From Trichodelitschia bisporula (Eukaryota), in assembly GCA_010356995.1 (NCBI GenBank), contig ML996688.1, positions 1,240,001 to 1,304,000 on the forward strand: a stretch of 64,000 bases of DNA, read 5' to 3'. Within the stretch, counting starts at the first letter, position 1; each line of letters opens with the position of its first letter. Below the pieces are notes generated by a model. The model did not search any database. It saw nothing but the letters and a program-made list of their open reading frames with translations, and was not told the DNA's origin. Positions 1-14,203 of this stretch are shown here, in pieces. Both the position numbers and the translations under genes were made by a program.

Positions 1-2113
1 GAGGGTTGGCTTGCGGTTGACAGCACCTACCCTACGTCCGGACGCAGCAATGGCGCCAGTCCGCTGGCTCATGTTGGCGCTGTCTTTTTCACGGGCAGCA
101 ATGGAGACCTCGAGAACCTCAGTCAAGAAGCGATTGGACGATGCCCTGAGAACTTCCAAATGCTCGTCAGGAACAGTGTCCCGATTCTTCTCAATGAAGC
201 CATCAGACTCGTAGGTGACGTCGATAGCATAATGGCAGACAGTGAAGGACGACTTGCCAAAGCGCGGCTTCTTGTAGAACTTCTGCTTGTCTCCGGCAAA
301 GTTGTGGTGCAACTTGTTGACGAATTGCTCGTCGGATCCCATGGGCAGGCGAGACTCTTCATCGAGCAAGGCAAGAACACCCATCTTGCCTTCGATGAGA
401 TCAATACAAGGCTGGTTGTCGGAGAAGTCGATGAATGTCCAGTCAATCTGTTCGCGTAGATATTCCTCCTGTTCGAGCTTGAAAACGTGCTGATTGAATT
501 CCTGCTGCAGCTTCTCATTGGCGTAGTTGATGCAAAACTGCTCGAACGAGTTCTTGGCGAAATGCTCGAAGCCATAGATATCAAGAACGCCAATGAAGGA
601 GTGTGCATGACTCAAGACTTCGTCGGTGGCAAGGCTGCTGTTGATCACATCCACAAGCCAGTCAAAGAGACTGGAGTAAATGTACTTGGCGACGGAATCC
701 CGTACCACTATAGCCTGCTGCTGGGTGAGGTTAGACATGATTTTTTCGCCACGCGTAACCAGCTGTTTCTTGACCGTCCATTTGGCGAAGTCGCTTGCAT
801 CGATTCCAAGCAACTGGCAGGCTTTCACCAACGATGGCTCGTTGGCAGGAAGGACAGAATCCGTGCGGGTTGCTGTGATCTTGATATTGCCCATGTGGAG
901 AAGAGCAGCCAGGAGACGGAATATCTGTGATTGCTTTTCCGAAGGAACTCCAATTGTGGTGAGGGAAACCCGAGTGGCATCAAATTCAGCCTTATCATCA
1001 ACACCGTCGATGACGGGCGCGCTACCCTGGTTGAGGTAGCTGAATTCGGTTACCGGCATCAGGCCCAGTTCCTCCCGCTCTGCATCGGTAGCGCCGGCAA
1101 CGAGCTGGTAGAAGATGTGGTAATTGCGTTCCTTCAGGGGTTGAAAGACTAATCTCGACCGCTCCAACAGGTATGTCCGGATCTTCGCTCCGATGATGTC
1201 CGTGTTCTTGTTGAACATAATCTCGATGTACTTGCCAAATCGGGAGGAGTTGTCGTTACGGGTTGTTTTCGCGTTACCGAACGCTTCCATGATGGGATTC
1301 GTCGCCAGGATCTGCCTTTCTGTATCACTCATCCCCTCCGCCTTGCCTACCGACCGTTTGCCAGGGTGATCGGGGGACTCTCGCGTGGCGAAGTAGCGCA
1401 TGATGTACTTTGCGCTAACGGTTTTTCCAGCACCGGACTCACCGGAGACAACAATGGTCTGGTTACGGTCATCGCGAAGCATGTCGCTAGATTAATGGTC
1501 AGTCTCTGTGATTCCGGCAGGGGTTGGAGGAACCTACGAAAAGGCTTCCTCCGCAATTGCAAACAGATGTGGTGCTTGCGATGACCGATGCTTCCCGGCG
1601 TACACCTGGACCATTCCAGGCACGTACAAGGAGTCCACCTTTGCAAAAGGGTTGGTAGCTATGAGGACAATGCCAGAGTATGTATAGATCTCCTTCTGAG
1701 CATAGCGGAGCTTGATTGCCTGCAGGACTACATGTGGCGTAAGCTTCCGTCTCCAACCATTGCACGGTTAGAGTACATACCGGCAGGCTCGTTGAGATGC
1801 GAAAGGTTGGTCAGATCATCGCTGGCTTCCAACATGGTCGGGTTCATCAGCGGTGGAAGGGAGTTGGTCCGGTCCTTTTCGAGGGTCGCTAGGTCGGTGG
1901 TGATGGTTTTCGACTGCAGGATCATTCAGTTAGTCTTGCTCGTCTGCAGAAGGCCATGCGATAAGGCGTAGACAATACCTCTCCGTTAACCAGCTCGAAC
2001 AGCAATGTGACCTTGTCGCCCTCCACGACTTTATCGACGACCTCCGAGGCCACCCAGCCCTCGGTCGCATCCGGCTGCCACGCCTTCGTCCCGACATCAT
2101 AGAAATGCGACAT
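1..2113 (-). CDS. MYO2: Class V myosin heavy chain, 5' part (runs off the window)
   Basis: Exons 2113-1979, 1913-1781, 1727-<1 with GT..AG introns. Motifs: DDLTNLSHLNEPAVLQAIKLRY, P-loop GESGAGKT, switch NDNSSRFGKY. N-terminus MSHFYDVGTKAWQPDATEGW is typical of fungal myosin V. Confidence 0.95.
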
Positions 2114-3230
2114 GGTGTTGCGCGGATGAAGAAGGTGTCGTAAAGCTCCTTCTCAACAAGAAGCACGTAGCCACAACGGCGGACTGGCTGAAAAGCCGCA
2201 GGGGGGGGAGGAATGAACGCCAAACTCCGTCGCTAGAAGGCAAGAACCGAAACAGCGAGTCTACAGAGCATATGGACGAGGCTCAGCCGTCGACTCTGAC
2301 TGAGAAGGAGAGTAAGTTGTGCTTGTCGCGCAGCGCAAAAAAAATTGGACGAGGGGGGGTGCGATTTGGGACTTATGAAGAATCGCTCGGGGGCGTTGGT
2401 TGTTCTCGTGGAAGAGTCAAGTTGGCGATTGGGTCTTCACAGGAGCCAGAAGCACGTTAGACCTGCAAACGTGCAGGGATGTCCACCGCTGCACGCCGCA
2501 AGGGCCTGGCTTTTTGCTGGGGATGGATGGGGAGGATGTGCGGCGTGCCTGGGGCTCACTGACTGCACGCCCCCTTTTGACGCGTCTGCGAGGAAAACAC
2601 GCATTTGCCCGCCCAGTCGGTCCGCTGGCCAACATACGAGTACCTATTCAGTTTCGAAGATCCTCAGATGTCATTACCCTCCCCCGATACATATAGTTTC
2701 ATCTTTTGTCTCCACAAGCCTTCCGACTTCGAGCCTCAACGGACACATATGTCAGCCGCGGCAAACGAGTACCGATAGTCTACGTGGTGCTTGATTGCCC
2801 CCAGGCGCTCGTCTCCCTTAGTCCTGTTGGATGTACCTCAAGACGTCGATCCTCGAGTCTGAAACTACCACATGCACTTGATGTCTTGCCGCCAGCAGTT
2901 TGCGGGGAACCCACAGAATTATCTGCAGCTTTCGGTTTCGAATCTCTCCCCGCTGATGCCCGGCTCTGCCTCCGCAACTTATGCGGGGTGTTGGCCCCTG
3001 AGGTCTGAGCGAGGCGCAATGGACCGACATAAACTAGGCTGGCGGACTTGCACAACATATCCGCAGCAGCAGCAGCAAAGGAGAGCATCACACACACAGC
3101 ACATTTGCGGAATCGTGCGGCGGCATCTGCAATAATCCATGTCCATGGACATGTTTAATGACGGCTCATCACCCCTGCGGCCCTGCAGTCGGATAGAAAA
3201 CGGCATCCACGTCCGTTTGCTTTCCCCTCT

Positions 3231-4343
3231 TCACGATGTGAAGTACTCCCTCGCCATTCTTTCGGCTACAACGCCAGCGCCTCCCACCGCAACCATGACC
3301 CAGGTCCACGGGTTCCCCAAAGCATATAGCCCAGGCCAGAAGCTGTTCTTATGGTCCCTCCGCTTTTCCAGTTGGACGAACTTGGCTGTATTGCGAGTCT
3401 TGTAGTTCCGTCCTTGGTGCAAATAGTTCCTCTTGTCGCCGCTGACATACCTTAGGAAGACATAGTTTGCTAGCGGACCCACCACGGCAAATGGGTGCAA
3501 TTGCCCGCTGCTATAGAGCAATGTCGAGAAGGAGAGATGCATCAGTGCGTCCCCGAGGTAGCTGACAGCATTTAGATTTTACCGATGCCATGGCTACGGC
3601 ACTCACTTTGGGTGACGGACGATGCTCCAAACCCCATCTCTCTTGAGACTGGCTTTCTTGTCATGGTGCTCCAGTTGAAAATCCGCCAGGACTTCCATCA
3701 CAAACCCTACGCAAAAGAGACTGATTCCAACCCCCTGTATCAGCCTTGCGTACTCTGGATTTACCGGCACAGCATCCGTCGCACCCAATCTCAACGCCAG
3801 AGTCAGTGGCACAGTAGCCAAAGTCCGGAATATCGCCTCTGGCAAGAAGACTCTCAAGAATGCGTGGTTCCAAAATTTATCTTCCTGCTTGAGAAGTCCA
3901 TAGTGGTGGTCCTCTTTGCCACGCCGTATGCTCCGTGATACTTCTCGATAGAACAGCCTTGTACCCCAGAGAGTGTGCCCTCCGAGTAGAAGTCGCTCAT
4001 TCCAGGTCAGTGTTCCCAACGCCCTAGTAAAGGGCATGCCGTTTTTAGCCATCCGGTGCCCGACGGCGCTCCACCAGACATCCACCACCTGGCCCGCGGG
4101 CCAAAGCCAATCTTTCAGTTCCACGCGATCCGAAGCGCGAGCTGCGATATAGGTGATCAATGAAAGACCTGACTGAATCCCGAACGAAGGTAAAAGAGTG
4201 GACTTCAACAGGCCGACGTCCCCGGCGTCCAAGGGAATCGGTGCCGACTTGTTTAGACTGGCATGGAGGTGAGGGTGCTCATGCGGGGCGAATCGCTTGA
4301 TGGCGCCGGGCGTAGCTGCGTCCAGTAATTCGGAAAGGGACAT
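3231..4343 (-). CDS. DUF1295 / steroid 5-alpha-reductase-like membrane protein (2 exons)
   Basis: Motifs RVELKDWLWPAGQV, WGTRLFYR, EVLADFQL, and GVWSIVRHPN|YLGDAL joined across an intron near 3560-3607. Likely start MSLSELLD at 4343. Confidence 0.8.
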
Positions 4344-4578
4344 TGTCGCGCGTGGGAAGTTGTCCTCGAAGTAAAGACGCCATTTTGGCGATTTACTACC
4401 GTGATACTCTTGAGAGCTATGAGTGTTGAAAGTTTGGTTCTCACTACACAAGCGATGACGTTTGCAAGCATCGCGGAGGTTTTGCGGAAGTCCGTGCGCC
4501 GGACCCACCAGTTGAGTATGGAATGCAAACCTCCGCGAAAGCCTCCGCAATCATGACAGCACCGGTACTTCTAGAACC

Positions 4579-5658
4579 ATGAACCTCCTCCGAATACGAC
4601 CCGCTGTGAGCCACTGTCGCCCATTGAACAGGAGTCGGCGCCTTTTCAGCGCCGCAGCTCCTTTGCGCCAGCTTGATTTGGCCTTTGACTACTATGAGCC
4701 AGAGAAGTGCAAACAAGATCCCGCGGCCTGCAATGCTCCTATAATTTTCCTCCACGGCTTGTTCGGCTCGCGGAAGAACAATCGGAGCATAAGTAAGTAA
4801 GAGCTACCTTGTACCCTATGCTCCACTCAATTGAGTCTCACATTGCACCAGAGTCCTCTCGCGAGACCTAAGTCGGCCCGTGTACTGCGTCGTATGCGCC
4901 CTCCCCAACACTGCGAATCTCCCTCAACTCACAAGCCCCGCTTAGGATCTCCGCAACCATGGCGACTCCCCACACGATCCGGTCCATGACTATGACCACC
5001 TCGCCAAGGACGTTGAGAACTTCATTGACGTTCACAAGCTGAAGGATGTCACTCTCATCGGTCATTCTATGGGCGCAAAGACAGCCATGGCCGTCGCGCT
5101 GCGGTCGCCCAACAAAGTCGCAAACCTGATACCTGTAGACAATGCGCCTGTGGATGCTTCACTGCGTAGCGATTTTTCCACATATGTGCGGGGCATGCGC
5201 AAGGTGGAGGAGGCGAATGTGAACAAGCAGAGCGAGGCGGACGAGATTCTTCAGCCATACGTGAAGGTGCGGCGCCCGGATAGCATACATCCGGTAGCTA
5301 AGCTAACTGGTTTCTCTGATAGGAACTCCCAGTCCGGCAGTTTCTACTCACAAACCTAATCCGTCCGAAAGGCTCGCCGCATTTGGCTTGGCGGATACCG
5401 TTGAAATACCTTGCGCCTTCTCTGGACCTCATGGGCGACTTTCCGTTCAAGGATCCCGACCAGGTGCGGTATGAAAAGCCCACTCTCATGATCCGGGGAA
5501 TGAAGAGTCCATACGTGGCGGACGAAATGCTTCCCATCGTCGGCCGCTTCTTCCCGCGTTTCGAGTTGGTCGACATCGATGCGGGGCACTGGGTCATCAG
5601 TGAGAATCCAGAGGCGTTTAGGCGAGCTGTGGTGGACTTTTTGCAAGACAAGGCCTAA
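4579..5658 (+). CDS. Mitochondrial alpha/beta hydrolase (ABHD11-like), multi-exon
   Basis: IFLHGLFGSRKN, DLRNHGDS, nucleophile GHSMG, and DAGHWV catalytic His. Arg-rich presequence-like N-terminus. Confidence 0.9.
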
Positions 5659-6022
5659 GATACAAGGGGCCGCGCGAGTTGCACATAGGTGTAGACATAG
5701 ACTAAATATCAACATGCATGAGCAACACCTCCCACGCTATTTTCGCTACCATACCGCCTGGGTGCAACCGTGGTGCGCCTCCTAGAGGGCTCAGGTCATG
5801 TGCTCCTTAAGATGATCGCTTTCAGCACTCAGACAGATCGCATTTAAGCGTAATGAAACCAGGCTCGCAGATTTTCAGATAACCCGAGTTCAATTGAAAC
5901 CATCATGATGCATGACATTGGAGGCCCCATGCCTAACTGCACTTGATTTTCGGCAAAACCTAACACCAGCATATGCCCATAAGTGACAGCAAACCCGAGA
6001 ACCTCCCCATCGCCGTTGACCC

Positions 6023-6892
6023 TTAAACAGTCTCCAACACCGTCTCCTTGAACTCCCGCTCAACCTTCTGGCCCGACTCGTCGGTGGTCGACTCGCCATG
6101 GAGGTTGAGGAGCGCACCAAGGTCAAACTTCGGCTGCTTGAGCAACTTCAGCTTGCGGATGTGGACCTGAACGACATTAGCTTAGATGCTATAACTCAAA
6201 GAGAAAACCTACGTTCTGAAGGGGGTAGATCCCCTGGCAGGTCTTCTCAATCTCGCGGCCGATCATCTCGGGGATGAGCTTGGCGACGAACTGCGTCAGG
6301 GTGGAGGTGGTGGCCTCGCGGGTCATGATGTCCGTCATCTTCTTGCGGATCGCACGGATCTGAGAGCTGGCGGCGTAGGTGGTCTTCTTGATCTGGTTGG
6401 GGCGGCGCTTCGTGAAGGCAATGCAGAAAACGCGAACGAGGTAGTCATCAGTGGTCTTGCAGGTGACGTTGGCCTCGATCAGGGTCTGCCATTTCCGGAC
6501 GAGCGAGCGCAGCTTGTCGGATGTGAAGTCGAGCCCGTGGAAGTTGGTAAGGCAGTTCTTGCCCTGAACCTCGTCCACGCGGAGCTTAACCTTACGGAAG
6601 GCGTGGTCCTCGTCCTTCTGCAGATCCGCAAGCGACACCTCGAATATCCGACCCTTAAGGGCGTCGTTGGCGTTCTTCAGACCAGTGGTCCGGTTGACGA
6701 GGGTCTTGCCGACACTGCATGGCTGGTCAATACTCGATCGCAATGAATTGAAGGACGATGAGAAACTCACTCGCGAGTGCCGAACGTCGACGGCGCCTTG
6801 ACTGAGTACCAGTCCTTCTTCTGGAACGGGTCCGTCCGCTTCTTCAGGCCCTTCTTGCCCTTTGACAGGCGCTTGTTCTTCCCGACAGCCAT
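6023..6892 (-). CDS. RPS1: 40S ribosomal protein S1 (eS1/S3a), 3 exons
   Basis: [49 protein letters not shown], and C-terminal VLETV*. Confidence 0.98.
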
Positions 6893-8624
6893 GATTGCGA
6901 CGCTGTTGGTGAGGTTGTCCGGCGCAGTCGTGGAGTGGGTTTGTGAACTCAAGTTTTGGCGAGTTTGAGTGCGGGCTACGGCTCGCTAGCTCGGCCTATC
7001 GCGGCGCAGGGTTTTTCCGTGCCAAGGGACTAAGACCTTCCACAAACTCGCGCGCCAAGTCTCAATTCCACTGCCCCGCAACGTCTTGTAAACCTCCTTT
7101 GGTGCATTTACTAGCAGCAGAGTGACGTTAACCTTATCCGACTCTTCATTCCCGATAGTCTAGGCTCGGTACCAATCTTTTGCTCATGCTGTCTCGCGGC
7201 ATCTCGACGCAGGGGAAAGGGCTGCTTACCCGCTATTCCCAACGACCCTAGAACTACTTCTTACCCTCTTACCGATCTCGATTCCACGACATCATTGACT
7301 TTCACGAAGAATCGCATTTGACGGTAGGTATTACGTTTATTCCAACACAGTGCTTCCCTGGCTCTTCTTGCCCCGAACACTGGTCAGCAGGCCATTGTCG
7401 AAGTAACACTGGTCGTTGCTGAGAGGGCTCGGTTGCTCATCTACGCCCTGCCCTGCGGGTGTAACCCATTCGCACGAAAATGCCTTATCGAGGAGAGAGC
7501 TTTCCCGAAGTATGTTTGACCACGATTCGAGCATGTCTCCGAGCCGGTTTCGTTTGATCAAATTCTGGGACAAACGTGCAGTATCGATCATGGTAGCATC
7601 CTGAGTGCTCTCTACGGCCTCACGGATCCTGTTGCTAGTGGAGATACAGCACATGCAATCACATCTAAGTCACTAAATTTTGCCGGTTCAATCGCACATC
7701 AAAGCAGGGAGCGAGCCTCAATCAGCCTCGAAGAAGTTGGGATAGGTGTCACGACATGAGACCATTCGGGAGTGAAGGGGGACAGGAGCAAAGGGTTTGA
7801 CGATTCTACATGGAGATCCGACAGCTGGTTCCTGAACTTTGATGCTATGAACCCGAGGATCGAGTGCACTAACTGCATGCTAATGGACTTTTTTTGGCCG
7901 GGTATGGGAAAGATGATCGATGATCCCCCGCAAGCATGTCGCGTCACACTTTTCTTAGCAGATGATTGGAATGCACGCGCTTCACCGTAGGTTCATGCTT
8001 TGTATTTCCTATTTGCCATAGGCCTGAAGTCCCACGTTCAAAACGTATCTGCGGCCTTTGCCTCCACGCCACCCCCAAGGTGCACCTCCGGAGAACACGT
8101 CCGATGGTTACGTTGTACATGACAACACCGTGGACCAACTCCCGAACGCCATGCTCGCTGGGGCATCCCCCGCGGCCATACCCACCCACGGCAAGCACGA
8201 GCGCCGAGCTTCCTCGGTCGCACGGTGCCGCACGTTCCCCCACCAAAAAAAAAAAGCTGACACCTATTTCTTTTGGATCATGTACCGAACTTTCAACTCT
8301 TGGACACCTTAAATTCCAAACGCCGGAGATGACGTGGGCGGCGGGGGGCGGCCTGGTTTGGCCACGAGGCTCGATGTGAGTGGCTAAGGCTCTAGCGTGG
8401 CGGCACCGCCGCAAGCTGGTGGGAGCTTCGCTCGCTGGTTACCGCAACCTCAAGACCGCTACTTTCGCGAACAGCCGGGTCGCCGATGGCTCGGTTCGCC
8501 TTGCGCTTCGGGGAGAGAATAATGTGGAGTGGCGAGGAGCGGAGTGAAGACGTGATTTTGCACTTTATATCGTCGTTGATTACTGTTTCCAGGGGTTCGT
8601 CGGTCTGGTGCTCTCATCGGCCAT

Positions 8625-9132
8625 TCACGTTTTGATTTCTTGACGCTGCTCGCGCTCAGCCTCCTCCTCGTACTGCTGGAAGTACTTCTCGTAATCGGGA
8701 AACGAGATGTATCCATCGGTGTCTAGCCGCTCGTTAGCCTCGCACCGAGATGATCAAACAGTGGCAACACGTACTGCGTTGAGAGTGGCCAGTCCAGCAC
8801 CGCGCTACTTCATACCCGTCGCTGTACCGCCGCTCCATAGGAGCCGGCACGGCGGGGAAGCGGCACTCATCGATGCTCCGTGTGCTTGACGGAGAATGCA
8901 CGGGGGTTGATGGTCTGGAGCCTCGCCTTGGCGTCGTGGGCCCCGAAGCGACCTTCGCCAAAAGAGCGGTGGCTCGCGCAGACGCACTCGAAGTGCCTTC
9001 ATGCTTCGTGGCGCAGGAGTTGTGCGTGCTGACGGACGGTGGCGTGACGGTTGAGGGCGTAAGGGAGAGGCAACGGGAAACGCTGGGGCGGCGTTGCTTG
9101 GGAGGCTGTTGGGAGGGGGCGCGGAGGAACAT
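8625..9132 (-). CDS. Small Ser/Pro-rich hypothetical protein, 2 exons
   Basis: ATG at 9132. A ~52-nt intron (GTACGT..GCTAAC..TAG) joins ...HSQR to NTDGYISFPDYEKYFQQYEEEAEREQRQEIKT*. Upstream CT-rich leader and a TATA run at ~9419-9430. Confidence 0.55.
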
Positions 9133-11252
9133 GTTGACAGAGGAGATTAGATATGGTGTTGATGTGATGATAACGACGTGTGCGAACAATTCTGGCGATT
9201 GGACTGCTCTAGGACTCGGGGAGACGATGGGCAGTTATACTCGGGAGGGCGCCGGTGGAGCTGTGGAATGACCTCAAGGTAACGTCGACGTGGAATATAT
9301 TTCGTAGGGCTTGGAGGTGCCAGGTACAAGGGGGCGGGAGATCGGCTGTGGAGAGAACCAAGATAGAGGGGTGGAGAGGAGCAAGGCAGGTTAGGGTAGA
9401 GAGGGGGGCGGGCCGGATGATATATATAAATCAAAAGTAATTGACCGCAAAGACTGAGTGGTTTTTAAGCCGGACGGATGATCCAAGACCACGTCAATAG
9501 GTAATACGAACGAAGCAGGTCTGACGAAGCTAGAACTATATCATCGCAGAAGAACGGGGAAGAAGGAGGGGGGCGCTAGGTGGTAAGAGGTGAGCCCCCT
9601 CATCAGTGGTAAGTGAGCAGGCTGCATCTATCGATGTCTGTCAGCCCCACGCGTCCGGGATCCCTTCGAACAGCAGCAACCTTCCCACCCCAAATCCTGT
9701 CCCCATTCCCTGATTTTCCGCCTCCCCCGGACTGCTTGCCGGATGAGGGAGGGCAAATGCGTGCGTGAGCCTGCGTGCGACTGCGGGGTACTCTTGCTCT
9801 TGTTGGTGAGCGCGCGTCGTGGGTGGCGACTGTCTCCATAACGACCCGGCAAGCCGACATGCAGCCACGCCAGAGCCCGTCCAGGTTGCCAGACCACCGG
9901 CATTTTGGGTGCATGCTACAGTATGCGTCGTGGACGGTGCAGTAGTAAATGCCTGGGCAACTGGCAGGCGGACAACTGCGGGGTGCGTGGCGGACGGCTA
10001 CTAGGCTTTCGTAGGCGGGCCGTTGTCCATCCACTGAACTTTTCGCGTGGACACGTTTGGTGCCGCTTCAGCCAAGGACGTCTCAGAGCGCCGAATTGGA
10101 TGGGCGGGGCCTCGCGCTTCGGTCTTCGGCGCAAGACGCGAAAACGGGGTATGGGGGGGAGACTCTCCTCTGAAGAAGCTGTGCGTGTTTGAGTTGCGCT
10201 GTTTTGGCGTTGCGTGGGAGGACTTCGATGCGGGGGAGGGAGCAAAACAAACTCGGTCCGTTTGCCCAGTGGGAAGTCACACGTTGTCCGTCGCTCCAAC
10301 GACATCTCTCGTCTGTGCGGTGGACCTCTGTTGACGCTTTCCACTGTGGGTGCTATTGGAAGGCGAGGCAGTCATCGCTGGCACTGGACGGGCAACTGCT
10401 GGCATCGGCACTGGACAGCCAGCTAGGTGCGAAGCGCGCGAGGTCACTGCGACACCACTACGTATCTAGCTCGCCAGCTAGACTGCTTCCCCTTCCAGGT
10501 TCCCCTCAACTCCACTCTGGTCGCGATTCCTCTCGACCATAAAGCGTTGGGGCCAACACAGCCTGGCCCTGACGCATTGAACCACTCGAGTCCTAAGGCC
10601 GGGATGATCGACGCGATAGAGAGTCCAGACAAGAGTGCTACGGTAGAACTAGACAGCCGTTGAATGTGCTTCGCCATGACCAGCGATCTCACAATAATCC
10701 TCCGAAATGGAGGGTTGCCCTCCCGTGTTGATCCCCCGTGCCCCCCTCCTTTCCTTTCCCCTCCCCCACGGATATCCGGTGCGCACTGCCAGCGTAAAGG
10801 GTGGGAGTTGCTCACGAGAGGACGAAGAGACTTATTCGGCTGGTTTCGGACGACTGATATGCAGACACGTCGAGGTACAATCTTAAGCCTTTGGACTGAA
10901 ATCGCGACAGAAAGGCGCCAACGCTGACGGGAAGGCAGCCACCAGCACTTCATCCTAGAAACGAGACTTCTCGACGAACGGGCTTATCAACCAACCCTCC
11001 AAACATCTTCTATTGGGAGGCAAGAACAAGGTTTAAACTACCCCTCATATTCCCGGCAGGCCGTAACTGGGCTGATGGGAGCGGCCCGCGTCCGGGACAA
11101 GCCGCCATCTATGCAGCGTCCACCACTTTTTGGCCAACATACCTAAAAGGATCCCAAAAGCAACAATTATCCACCTCGTCACGAGAGCAAAAGGTCTCGC
11201 AAGCCCATTCGTGATTTTGTGGGTGTTCACTAACACCACCTAACCGTCTGTC

Positions 11253-13149
11253 TCAGTGCTGAGTGGGGAAAGAAATGTCAGCGTGGGAGCGGTGCCAATG
11301 GAATCGCGGGGAACTCACGTCAACATCATCCCATGCCCTTCCTTGGACATTCTCCAGCTCGTCCATACTCATAATCTTCCCCGTGGTGACTGCGAAAAAA
11401 GGTCATTCGTCAGTCACGCCAAAAAAAAAGCGACAGCGAGGATTGGAAGAGAAGTGCTTACAGTAGCCTGCATGGATCTTCGCATCAATCTCCACTCTGC
11501 TGTCTTCTGGAATCAGCTCATCTGGGATAGGAACCCGCTCGTGAATTGGGATGCCCTGCTCAACAATAGCGTCGTGCTTCATGTTGGACATGCTTAGCAT
11601 CCGGTCAATCTTCGTGATGCCCAGCCAGTGCAGAATGTCAGGCATAAGTGCTTGGAAGCGCATATCCTTGACCCCGGCAATGTTTTCCGTTCTCTTGAAG
11701 TACTCGCTCGCTTTGTCTGTGCCGCGTTTCCGCGCATTGTACACGAGATACTTAGTCACTTCGCCAAGTGCGCGACCCTCCTTGCGGAAGTAGATGACGA
11801 CGCCACTGCCGCCCTTTTGTGCTTCTTTCACGGCTTCTTCGACACCGAAAATGAGGTAGGGTCTGCATGTACAGATATCGGATCCGAACACGTCGCTACC
11901 ATTGCATTCGTCGTGCACGCGGAGCGCCAGGCGCACGCTGGCGTCGGACATCTTTGCGGGGTCGCCAAACACATAGACCGTGAGTCCTCCAATGGGCGGC
12001 AGGAAAAGTTTGATGTCCCCACGAGTGATCAACTCAGGGTACGATCCACCAGTCTCTTCAAAGAGGCTACGCCGCAAAGTCCCCTCATCTGCATTCCAGT
12101 CAGCACGTGGTCAGCGGAATTCCGGATCTAGGCTTACCAATTCCGAAGCGCTCTGCGACACCGGGCAGATACCATACAGGCTCAACAGCGATCTTGGTTA
12201 CGGAAAGCTCTCCCTGGTCATTTAAACAGATCCTGCCGTCCGGCACAAGGCGGCCGGTCTTCACGCTATTCTCCAGCTCCGGCAGCTTCATGTGGGCTTT
12301 GGTGATGGCAATAGTTGGCCGGACCTCAATTCCCTCCTTCGAGATGAAGTCCTTGTACAACCAGGGGGCTAGATGCCCGTACGGATCCATGGCTACGATT
12401 TTCTTCGGGTCTCCCCATTGTGGAAATGGTCCGATCTTCGCAGCTGGCTCGGTGTTGGTAAAGTCAGGCTTGTGGTCGGCGTCCAGGTCCTTGCTGGCTA
12501 CGGCCAGGGCGTGATAGATCGCATATGATCCACCATGTGCACCAATTGCTTTCGAATGTTAGATGCGAGCAAATCATAGCTGATTGAGGGGTTACTGCAT
12601 ACCATTTCTCCGCCTAATAGTGCTCCGGTGTCGGGACACCACCACAGGCCCTCTTGCGATGGCATCTTTGTGGCCCCAGTTCATTGGCAGCGGATCGACG
12701 CCAGCCTGGCCCGGATAAGAAGTCAAGATGATCTTGGAGGTGACCGAAGGCCTCCGAGGAGAGACATCGACAGCAGCTGGTACGGCTTCGTATTGGTCGC
12801 TGACCTTTTTGACGCTCTCGGCCTGCTTAGATTCGATGGCGTTTGTGACACTTTTTTGCGGAGTGGTCGGAGTGTTGCCAGTCCTCGATGCCAGTGGGCT
12901 TGCAGCAGCTGCTTCCGGTGTGAATAAGTCATTATGCAACGGCAGTCCGAGCTGTCGTCTGGTCTGGATATATAACGACTCACCATTCTCTGCGACCTCA
13001 TGCACTTGCTTCACGCTGGCGAGGATGTTAACCCGACCATTGATCTCATCAATGGCAGATGCGAGGTGCGAGTTTTCCTGTTGCAAGACTTTGAGGCCTT
13101 CGAGGATTTCACTAAGCACGCCCGATATGTTGTCACTGGAAGTTGCCAT
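11253..13149 (-). CDS. URC1: URC1/Urg1-type GTP cyclohydrolase II family protein (uracil catabolism), 5 exons
   Basis: RRRNAIGAHGGSY N-terminal domain, RVHDECNGSDVFGSDICTCRPYL, YFRKEGRALGEVTKYLVYNARKR, DMRFQALMPD. The last exon encodes only His plus stop. Confidence 0.92.
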
Positions 13150-13735
13150 GTTGGAGATGCGATTCGCCGTCCTCTGGAGCTACAATGTAAGAGAGAGATG
13201 AGCCGCGTAGCTTTGCTACGTTACCAATAGGTATGGGTTGGATTTAGAAGGGATGTAGGATAAGTCTAAAACGTGTGAGGACAGGAAAGGACACGGATTT
13301 GAGTCTAACGAGGTCTGGAGAGAAGCGGGGGATATCAGATAGTCATACAAACAAAGATAACGGGAGAAGGAAACCACAGACAACGATGAGCGACGGTGTG
13401 AAGGGCTAACTAGATATAGCAGGCGCGACGAGGAGAAAGACAGTCCGTCTCGTTTGACTGATGCGGCTCCTGCGTGTCTGATATGTACCCGTGTGTACCT
13501 GCGGAGCCGTAGTAGCCAACAGCGTACGTAAGAATGTCCACCGGCACACCGATCCAGCAAGGAAACGCACAAAGCTGTCAACTCGAGTAAGTCCATCCGT
13601 TTGCCTGGCTGACCTTCACCCGCATCTCAAAGAAACCGGCGACACCAATCACTGGCGAGAACAAAGGGTCACCGGCTGCAACACGTGAAAAGGCGGTGGA
13701 GCATGGAGATACAGCAGTCCGGAGCTGGGGGTAGG

Positions 13736-13755
13736 CGGGGCTATTGAGCCGGGTT
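13736..13755. promoter_or_regulatory. CGG-N10-CCG(GGTT) candidate Zn2Cys6 site upstream of URC1
   Basis: CGGGGCTATTGAGCCGGGTT; same architecture and orientation as 16108-16127 upstream of the UPRTase gene. Confidence 0.4.
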
Positions 13756-14203
13756 GAATTGCGGAGACGCTGGGAGCGGCGAAGGACGACGGATTGCGGA
13801 TTACGGACAATCGGTAGATGAGGCAACATAATGACTGCAGGTATCAACCCCTGCTTTTTACATCTGCACGAACAGCACCGTAATACGAATTCTTTGTCGT
13901 TATAGTTGGATTTGGCTGGATTCCATCGCCTTCAGGCTATATGAAAAGATCGTGGCCATCTCCTTTGCCAAAATGCTAGCACAGGTCAGTCATGATTTAT
14001 TTTGGAGGGATAAAGAGATGTGGCCCACCAGTCTCCGCCTGGCAGGGGTCTCGAGCCGGGTCGTCCGCGCCACAGGAAGTCGTCGCCATCCCCGCAACGC
14101 CAAACCACAGCTTAACAACTTCGCCAACTTGCTTTCACAATACCCCGACATATACTTGACTGCACACGTTCTATCCTGCTAAAACTACTGCACGTCTGCC
14201 GTT

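Noticed and set aside
7337..8414. Chain of minus-strand ORFs upstream of RPS1
   Set aside because: No recognisable domain and could not be spliced into a coherent gene.
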